NCBI GenBank assembly: GCA_963749125.1
Contig: CAVVLL010000001.1
Span: 53,724-117,723 of the forward strand
DNA from: an uncultured bacterium
GTDB taxonomy: Bacteria > 4484-113
Direction of reading: 5' to 3'
Length of the DNA: 64,000 nucleotides
Part shown: piece after piece, positions 58,405 to 64,000 of the stretch
How positions within the stretch are numbered: position 1 is the first letter of the stretch
Layout of the letters: every line of letters starts with the position of its first letter
Program-made: the position numbers and the translations under genes
Notes under the pieces: model-generated
The model's database searches: none
What the model was told of the DNA's origin: nothing
The model's input: only the letters and a program-made list of their open reading frames with translations

Positions 58405-59597
58405 GCGTCGCCTTCGCTAACGGGAAGCGCACCCGCGCGCGATGCCGCAGCGCTGTGCGCCGTGAGCGTCGCCACCGCACCCGCCCCATACCGCGTGCGG
58501 ATGCCGTCCAGCGCAGAATAAAGGCGCTGCTGGCGCAAGCGGCATTCCCACTCAAACAGCGGGATTTGGTGCAGGTCGCGCGTCAGCGCCGCCAGCCTGA
58601 TGCCCACGAGCCGCACGCTTACCCGCCGCTGGAACGCTTCCTCAAACAGCGCGCAGACCGTCCTGTATAAGTCTTCGTCGGCGAACAGCGGCTCAACGCG
58701 CCGCTGGTGGGTCGTGGTCTCAAAGTCGGAATAACGCAGCTTGAGTATCACCAGGCGCGACGTGTAGCCTCCCTCGCGCAGGCGGAAGCCCGCCTCTTCC
58801 GTAAGCTCGGCGAGCACCGCGCGCAGCTTCGCCGGGTCGGCGGTGTCCTTGAACGTGCTCTCATGCCCGATGCTCTTGGTGACGTGGTGCTCGCGCGCAG
58901 TGAGCACGACTTCGCCCCTGCACTTGCGCTGCAACGCCTCGCCGTTCTTCCCCAACAGCGCGCGCAGCATCACCAGCGGCACCTTCGCCACGTCGCCCAG
59001 CGTGCGCAGCCCGCGCTCGGAGAATAGCTGCTCGGTGAACGGGCCGATGCCGGGCATGCGGGAAAGCGGAAGCGGCGCGAGGAATGCCGCCTCCCCGCCC
59101 TGCGGCACGATGAGGTAGCCATCGGGCTTGGCTTCGCTCGCCGCAACTTTCGCCACCAGGGAGTTTGCTGCGACGCCCAGCGAGATGGGCAGGCCTGTAT
59201 GCAGGTAAACCTTCTCGCGGATGCGCCGCGCCAGCGCCGCCGGGTCGGGATAGACGCGCTCCATTCCCGTGAAGTCCATGGAGAACTCGTCAATGCTCAT
59301 CGGCGATGCGTCGGGCGTGAATTGCTCAAGGATGTTATGGACGATGCGGGAGTAGTAGCCGTAGTATTCGCCGTGCCCGCGCACAAATATCGCCTGCGGG
59401 CAGAGGCGGTAGGCATCACGGGCGCTCATGCCGGAATGCACGCCGTATTTGCGCGTTTCGTAGCTGCATGCCGCCACGATGCCGCGCCCGTGGGGGTCTC
59501 CTCCGACAACGACCGGCTTGCCCACCAGCGCAGGGTCTAGCAGGCGTTGAACACTGACGAAGAAAGTATCCAGATCCGCGTGAATGACCAGGCTCAT
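58401..59597 (-). CDS. dinB: DNA polymerase IV (Y-family)
   Basis: MSLVIHADLDTFFVSVQ, SIDEFSMD and LPGIGP motifs. The ORF track extends further upstream (to 60155), but the ATG at 59597 matches the family N-terminus. Confidence 0.85.
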   Translation of the reverse strand: MSLVIHADLDTFFVSVQRLLDPALVGKPVVVGGDPHGRGIVAACSYETRKYGVHSGMSARDAYRLCPQAIFVRGHGEYYGYYSRIVHNILEQFTPDASPMSIDEFSMDFTGMERVYPDPAALARRIREKVYLHTGLPISLGVAANSLVAKVAASEAKPDGYLIVPQGGEAAFLAPLPLSRMPGIGPFTEQLFSERGLRTLGDVAKVPLVMLRALLGKNGEALQRKCRGEVVLTAREHHVTKSIGHESTFKDTADPAKLRAVLAELTEEAGFRLREGGYTSRLVILKLRYSDFETTTHQRRVEPLFADEDLYRTVCALFEEAFQRRVSVRLVGIRLAALTRDLHQIPLFEWECRLRQQRLYSALDGIRTRYGAGAVATLTAHSAAASRAGALPVSEGDA

Positions 59598-59634
59598 TTC
59601 GTTATTCCTATACACTTGTATAGTAACGCTAAAC

Positions 59635-60354
59635 ATGAGGGCTGTCAAGGGCGGGGCTGGTATAATTTCGTTCGTGGCTCCCAGATACAACAAGCCGCTT
59701 TTCGTGGTTGCTAAATACCTCTTGCTGCTGGGCGGCAAGATTGCGTTCCGCGTTAAATACATAGGCGGCCACAACATTCCCGAAACAGGCGGGCTCATCG
59801 TGGCCAGCAACCACCAGTCGCACCTGGACCCGCCGACGGTGGGAATGGGAGTGCCGAGGGACGTCCATTTCATGGCCAAGCAGGAGCTGACGACGTCACC
59901 GTTCCTGCGATGGTTCCTGCGCTCTGTCGGGACGATTTTCGTTGATAGGGCACAAGGGCGCGAAGCGCTGGCCGAAGCCGCCGAATACCTTAACGCCGGG
60001 ATGTCCATCGTCATTTTCCCCGAAGGCACGCGTACGCGAACAGGCCGCATCGGTCCGGGGAAGAAAGGCGTGGCGATACTTGCGCACCGCACAGGCGCGG
60101 CAGTCGTCCCTGCGTGCATTGAAGGGGCCAGCAAAAATTTCCCCGCGGGCAGCAAGCGGATGCGCTTCGGGAAGATAATCGTCCGCTATGGCAAGCCGAT
60201 GACCTTTGAGCATATCCCCGAAGGAGAGATTAGCAACGAGCTAATCTACTCCACCACGCAAAAGATCATGGACGCGATAATTGAGCTTGCGCCGCCGGAG
60301 CTGTGGCCGCTGTCCAAAGTTGAATCAGGCGAAACAAAGAAGGCAGGCGAATGA
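59635..60354 (+). CDS. plsC: 1-acyl-sn-glycerol-3-phosphate acyltransferase
   Basis: NHQSHLDP (HxxxxD) and FPEGTR motifs. The ORF track starts at 59584, which would overlap the dinB start. Confidence 0.75.
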   Translation: MRAVKGGAGIISFVAPRYNKPLFVVAKYLLLLGGKIAFRVKYIGGHNIPETGGLIVASNHQSHLDPPTVGMGVPRDVHFMAKQELTTSPFLRWFLRSVGTIFVDRAQGREALAEAAEYLNAGMSIVIFPEGTRTRTGRIGPGKKGVAILAHRTGAAVVPACIEGASKNFPAGSKRMRFGKIIVRYGKPMTFEHIPEGEISNELIYSTTQKIMDAIIELAPPELWPLSKVESGETKKAGE

Positions 60355-61124
60355 GCAATCCTATAAGTGTTGGAATTATTGGCGCTGCTGGCCGCATGGG
60401 AAGGATGGTCGCGCAAGGGCTTCATGCGGACGACGGCTTCGGAGTGGTTACACTATATGACACCGCGGGCGGGGAAATCACCGGTATCGGCGTCATATCA
60501 GCCAGCCTTGATGATCTGAAGAAAAGCTCTGCGACGCACATCCTTGATTTCTCGCTGGGACAAGGTGTAGATGCGCATGGCGAAGACATCCTCGCTTCAG
60601 GCAAGCATTACATTGTCGGCGCAACCGGCTACAACGAAGATACAATCGCGCGCCTGGATGCAGCGTCGGTGAAGCACGGCGTTTCGTGCCTCATCGTCCC
60701 CAACTTCTCCATCGGCGCGAATATGATGATGGAGTTCTCGCGGCTGGCTGCCGCATTCTACGACAACGTTGAGATTGTTGAACGGCACCACGCTGGAAAA
60801 GCCGATGCACCCAGCGGAACTGCGCTGAACACTGCGAAGCTGATCGCAGGCGCAAAGAAGATGGCAGCGGGGCCCTCGGCTGAGAAATTCGCTGGTGTGC
60901 GCGGCGGTGACGTTCACGGTATCCGCGTTCATTCGCAGCGCCTTCCCGGCGTGCTTGCGGAACAGCAAGTCATATTCGGCGCGGGCGGCGAAACGCTGAC
61001 GATTGAGCATCGCACCATCAGCCGTGAATGCTACCTCCCCGGAATCAAGCTTGCGCTGCGTGCGATGGGGACATTCACCGGACTGCGTATCGGCCTGCAA
61101 TCGGTGATGGAGGCGCAGCTATGA
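60351..61124 (+). CDS. dapB: 4-hydroxy-tetrahydrodipicolinate reductase
   Basis: GIIGAAGRMG and ERHHAGKADAPSGTA motifs. Confidence 0.85.
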   Translation: MSNPISVGIIGAAGRMGRMVAQGLHADDGFGVVTLYDTAGGEITGIGVISASLDDLKKSSATHILDFSLGQGVDAHGEDILASGKHYIVGATGYNEDTIARLDAASVKHGVSCLIVPNFSIGANMMMEFSRLAAAFYDNVEIVERHHAGKADAPSGTALNTAKLIAGAKKMAAGPSAEKFAGVRGGDVHGIRVHSQRLPGVLAEQQVIFGAGGETLTIEHRTISRECYLPGIKLALRAMGTFTGLRIGLQSVMEAQL

Positions 61125-62092
61125 AGATCGCCGTCGTCGGCGCAACCGGCATGGTGGGTGAAGTCCTGCTTTCACTTCTGCCGAATTCCATCTTCGCAGA
61201 AGATGAAATCCATGCATTCGCCAGCGCCGCCAGTGCAGGAACGCTCGTGCCTTACAACGGCAAAGAGCTTGGGGTAAGCGAACTCAAGCATGGAAGCCTG
61301 CAAGGCTTTGACCTCGTATTCTTCGCCATCGGCGACAACTTGTCGCGCGAATATGTGCACGAGGCTGTGGAAGCCGGATGCCGCGTCGTTGATAAAAGTA
61401 ACGCGTTTCGTATGAAGGAAGGCGTGCCACTAATCGTCGCAGGCATAAATGATAAGGCGCTCGGAGATTCTAAGCTTGCAGCTAATCCGAACTGCACGAC
61501 GATAGGCTTCGTTCATGCGATCGCGCCGCTGATGCAATTCGGGATTGAAGAAGTGGCTGTTGCGACATACCAATCGCTATCAGGCGCGGGCAGAGATGCT
61601 GTAAATGGGTTCCTTGGCTACGCGGCTGATGTGCTTGCTGAGAAGCCTGGCTATTACGCACCCGACCTTGCGACTGCATTCCAGGTTAACCCTGCGGTAG
61701 ATGTCCGCGAGGGCGACGAGTATCTAGAGGAAACCAAGCTTAGGCTTGAGACGCAGAAGATTACCGGCCTTGATGCAGACTGCATCTTCCCCACCTCCGT
61801 GCGCGTCGCCGTGATCATAGGGCATAGCATGGCAGTGCATGTCCGCCTGCGCGATGAGGCTAGCGTACGAGCGGTTTACGACGCGCTTACTGCTAATCCT
61901 ACATTGAATGTCCTCCCACTTGGCGAAGTACCGTGGAGCGGCTGGGCGGTTAAGCTTCCTGACAAGGTGACCGTCGGTAGGATTCGCGTTCGCCCGAAGA
62001 AGCGTGTAGTGGACTTCTTCGCGACCTCCGACAACCTTAATATAGGTGCAGCCCTCAATGGACTGCGCATTGCCGAGTTGATGTTCAACTAG
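61121..62092 (+). CDS. asd: Aspartate-semialdehyde dehydrogenase
   Basis: MKIAVVGATGMVG and QSLSGAG motifs. The ATG overlaps the dapB stop (ATGA), suggesting translational coupling. Confidence 0.85.
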   Translation: MKIAVVGATGMVGEVLLSLLPNSIFAEDEIHAFASAASAGTLVPYNGKELGVSELKHGSLQGFDLVFFAIGDNLSREYVHEAVEAGCRVVDKSNAFRMKEGVPLIVAGINDKALGDSKLAANPNCTTIGFVHAIAPLMQFGIEEVAVATYQSLSGAGRDAVNGFLGYAADVLAEKPGYYAPDLATAFQVNPAVDVREGDEYLEETKLRLETQKITGLDADCIFPTSVRVAVIIGHSMAVHVRLRDEASVRAVYDALTANPTLNVLPLGEVPWSGWAVKLPDKVTVGRIRVRPKKRVVDFFATSDNLNIGAALNGLRIAELMFN

Positions 62093-62268
62093 ACCTATGA
62101 TGAAGCCGCATCATTACTGGAATTTTCGCGGCGACAAGCCTACGAAGCGCTTCGCATTGATGCATATCTCACTTTCCGAAAAGTGCAGTTCTTCCTTGCC
62201 TCTCCAGGTGTCTAGACCAGTAATACTACACATATGTAGAATGTAGCCCAAATTATCCCAGAAAAAGG

Positions 62269-62297
62269 GTTGACTCGCCCATCTTTTCCCAGCTACA
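62269..62297 (+). promoter_or_regulatory. Putative promoter of the division and cell-wall (dcw) cluster
   Basis: TTGACT-N17-(c)TACACT upstream of mraZ. Confidence 0.35.
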
Positions 62298-62315
62298 CTG
62301 CTAGCCGTCAGGGGA

Positions 62316-62777
62316 ATGATGATTAGAGGATCCTCAAAAACGAAATTAGACGCCAAAACAAGGCTGCTCCTTGGCGCGCGCCTAACCGAGGGAATCGGCA
62401 ACAAAGTCATCATCGTCAAAGGCAACGGCCCCTACCTCAACATCTTCCCTGTCAGCGAATTCAAGAAGCTTGAGAAGCGTATAGAAGCGCTTACCGACCT
62501 TGATACTGAGCAGGGCTTCAAGCTCTTCTTTGATAACAAATTCCAAAGCTTCCTCGGCAACTTCTATTCCAACCAAGCGGAAGCTGAGATTGACGAACAA
62601 TCAAGGATAACCATCCCCGGTTTCCTGCGCGACGAGGTTGACTTGTCCGGCGACCTAATCGTCAGGTCAACCGGCCGTTACCTACAAGTTTGGAAACAAG
62701 TCACTTTCTACCAGCGCCAGGGCAGCGATGCCGAGCTGGACACGTCTGCGTTCATTGGAAACCTGTCACTCGTGTAG
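62316..62777 (+). CDS. mraZ: Transcriptional regulator MraZ
   Basis: 153 aa. Two SpoVT/AbrB-like half-sites LDAKTRLLL / IDEQSRITIPGFLR. Position ahead of rsmH. Confidence 0.75.
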   Translation: MMIRGSSKTKLDAKTRLLLGARLTEGIGNKVIIVKGNGPYLNIFPVSEFKKLEKRIEALTDLDTEQGFKLFFDNKFQSFLGNFYSNQAEAEIDEQSRITIPGFLRDEVDLSGDLIVRSTGRYLQVWKQVTFYQRQGSDAELDTSAFIGNLSLV

Positions 62778-62834
62778 TCGGCGCGAAGAGCGCTTGTCCA
62801 AAGCGCTAGCGCCTGGTTGTTATAAGGAAACGCC

Positions 62835-63770
62835 GTGGACATAGTTCACAGGCCTGGACTTTTGAAAGAAGTTATGGGGATTATGCAGCCCCGTGAAGGC
62901 GAAACCTTCGTGGATTTCACCTTGGGCGGGTCAGGGCATTTCAGCGCATTCCTACCCCACCTAGCGCCAGGCGGCATCGCCATTGGGCTTGACCGCGATG
63001 AAAGCGCCATAGAGCGGGCAGAAGAGATGAGGGCGCAGTGGCCGCAGATGCGAATTGAGTTGCGGAAGTGCCGGTTCTCAGATGCTGAAGAGGCGCTGGA
63101 TGAAATGGGCGTTACGGAGATTGACCTTGCGCTCTTTGACCTGGGCGTATCGGCGTTCCAGGTTGACGACCCGGCCCGTGGTTTCAGCTTCATGGCTAAT
63201 GGTCCCTTACTAATGCAAATGGGCGAAAGCAAAAAAACTGCGATGGACATCGTGAACGGCGCAAGTGAGCGCGAGCTCACCGCCATCCTCACCGATTTCG
63301 GCGAGGAACGCTTCGCGCGCCGCATCGCAAAGAGCATCGTGCGCAAGCGCCAGGAAAAGCCCATTCGCAACACGCTGGAGCTGGTGGAAGCGGTTGACCG
63401 CGCCGTCCCCGGCCCTGCAAAAAAGAACATCAACGCCATCCGCGCGCGCGTCTTCCAATCTGTCCGCATCGTAACCAACGACGAGATGGATGAGCTGCAA
63501 AGCGGGCTTATGTCCGCCATCCGCTATCTGAGCACCGGCGGCCGCATGGGCGTCATCTCGTGGCACTCTCTTGAAGACCGCACCGTCAAGCGCACGTTCA
63601 AGTTTTACGGCCCCAAGGGCGAAGGCGAAGAGGAATGGGTCTTGCTTCCTGCTACACCGAAGCCTGTGACCCCGTCGCCCGAGGAAATCTCAGCCAACCC
63701 GCGTTCGCGCAGCGCGAAACTGCGCATTGTCACGAAAGCTCCAAGGGAGGAAGTTCAACATGGGCGCTGA
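62835..63770 (+). CDS. rsmH: 16S rRNA (cytosine1402-N4)-methyltransferase
   Basis: FVDFTLGGSGH, GLDRDESA and FDLGVSAFQVDD motifs. Confidence 0.85.
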   Translation: MDIVHRPGLLKEVMGIMQPREGETFVDFTLGGSGHFSAFLPHLAPGGIAIGLDRDESAIERAEEMRAQWPQMRIELRKCRFSDAEEALDEMGVTEIDLALFDLGVSAFQVDDPARGFSFMANGPLLMQMGESKKTAMDIVNGASERELTAILTDFGEERFARRIAKSIVRKRQEKPIRNTLELVEAVDRAVPGPAKKNINAIRARVFQSVRIVTNDEMDELQSGLMSAIRYLSTGGRMGVISWHSLEDRTVKRTFKFYGPKGEGEEEWVLLPATPKPVTPSPEEISANPRSRSAKLRIVTKAPREEVQHGR

Positions 63771-64000
63771 ACCCGCGGAACAGAGATTGCGGCCCGACCG
63801 CATTTATACCTACGAGGAGTTCGCCGATTTGCGGACACGCTACGGCGGCCGTCCCAAGCACAAAGGCATCATCAACTTCCGAAGGAAGCACCGCGTCGTC
63901 CCCTTCGTCCTGCGGATAAGTTACCAGACCGCGATTGTTACTGGAATTATTCTCCTTATGGGCTCGGTGCTTACTTACGGGATGCTCTCAACGGCGCTGA
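63761..64000 (+). CDS. FtsL-like cell-division protein, 3' partial
   Basis: Its position after rsmH, overlapping the rsmH stop. C-terminal hydrophobic segment. Runs off the window end. Confidence 0.4.

Overview
A GC-rich (about 60%) bacterial chromosomal segment with dense, mostly non-overlapping coding on both strands. I cannot assign a taxon from the sequence alone. Start-codon positions and product families below were all inferred by eye.

Main contents, in order:
- Peptidase gene run (1-11 kb, + strand): TldD, PmbA (with an internal frameshift), a lactate/malate dehydrogenase (LDH/MDH)-family gene, M16 peptidase, M1-like gluzincin, HtrA and a QueD-like gene, all tightly spaced.
- 11-23 kb: a lytic transglycosylase; a multi-hairpin GC-rich structured region between divergent genes (about 13.15-13.29 kb); an RCK-gated potassium channel (RCK = regulator of K+ conductance domain); an MraY/WecA-family transferase; two adjacent zinc-ribbon membrane proteins; two tandem bacteriohemerythrins; an 889-aa metzincin-motif secreted protease; an HD-GYP protein (a c-di-GMP phosphodiesterase family); a major facilitator superfamily (MFS) transporter.
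- 24-33 kb: tRNA-Leu(CAG) at 25777-25859, flanked by lower-GC ORFs that may be foreign; an alpha/beta hydrolase; two tandem CoA-binding-like paralogs; a rhomboid protease; a multidrug and toxic compound extrusion (MATE) family efflux pump.
- 33-36.4 kb (- strand): a candidate operon of a membrane protein, a PDZ lipoprotein and a protein with about 13 G(N/D)DxY-containing repeats of about 26 aa.
- 39.3-46 kb: a dockerin-like lipoprotein, then two tandem paralogous lipoproteins of about 940 aa each (N-terminal domain, FN3-like domain, PKD domains, seven C-terminal repeats of about 52 aa). The second copy is interrupted by a 1-nt frameshift.
- 46.2-46.35 kb: a stand-alone 5S rRNA gene with its own consensus TTGACA-N16-TATAAT promoter and a terminator.
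- 46.4-51 kb: rdgB, a third TldD/PmbA homologue and a DUF92-like membrane protein.
- 51.56-52.53 kb: an IS481-like insertion sequence. Immediately downstream, four tandem paralogous genes (52.6-56.6 kb) encode proteins of about 325-337 aa. They carry a type IV pilin-like N-terminus with a non-canonical Ala(-1)/Trp(+2)/Glu(+5) motif and a conserved C-terminal domain of about 290 aa. This is the strongest candidate for an undescribed system.
- 56.8-64 kb: a HAD-IIA hydrolase, dinB, plsC, dapB-asd, and the start of the division and cell-wall (dcw) cluster (mraZ-rsmH-ftsL).

No CRISPR array was seen.
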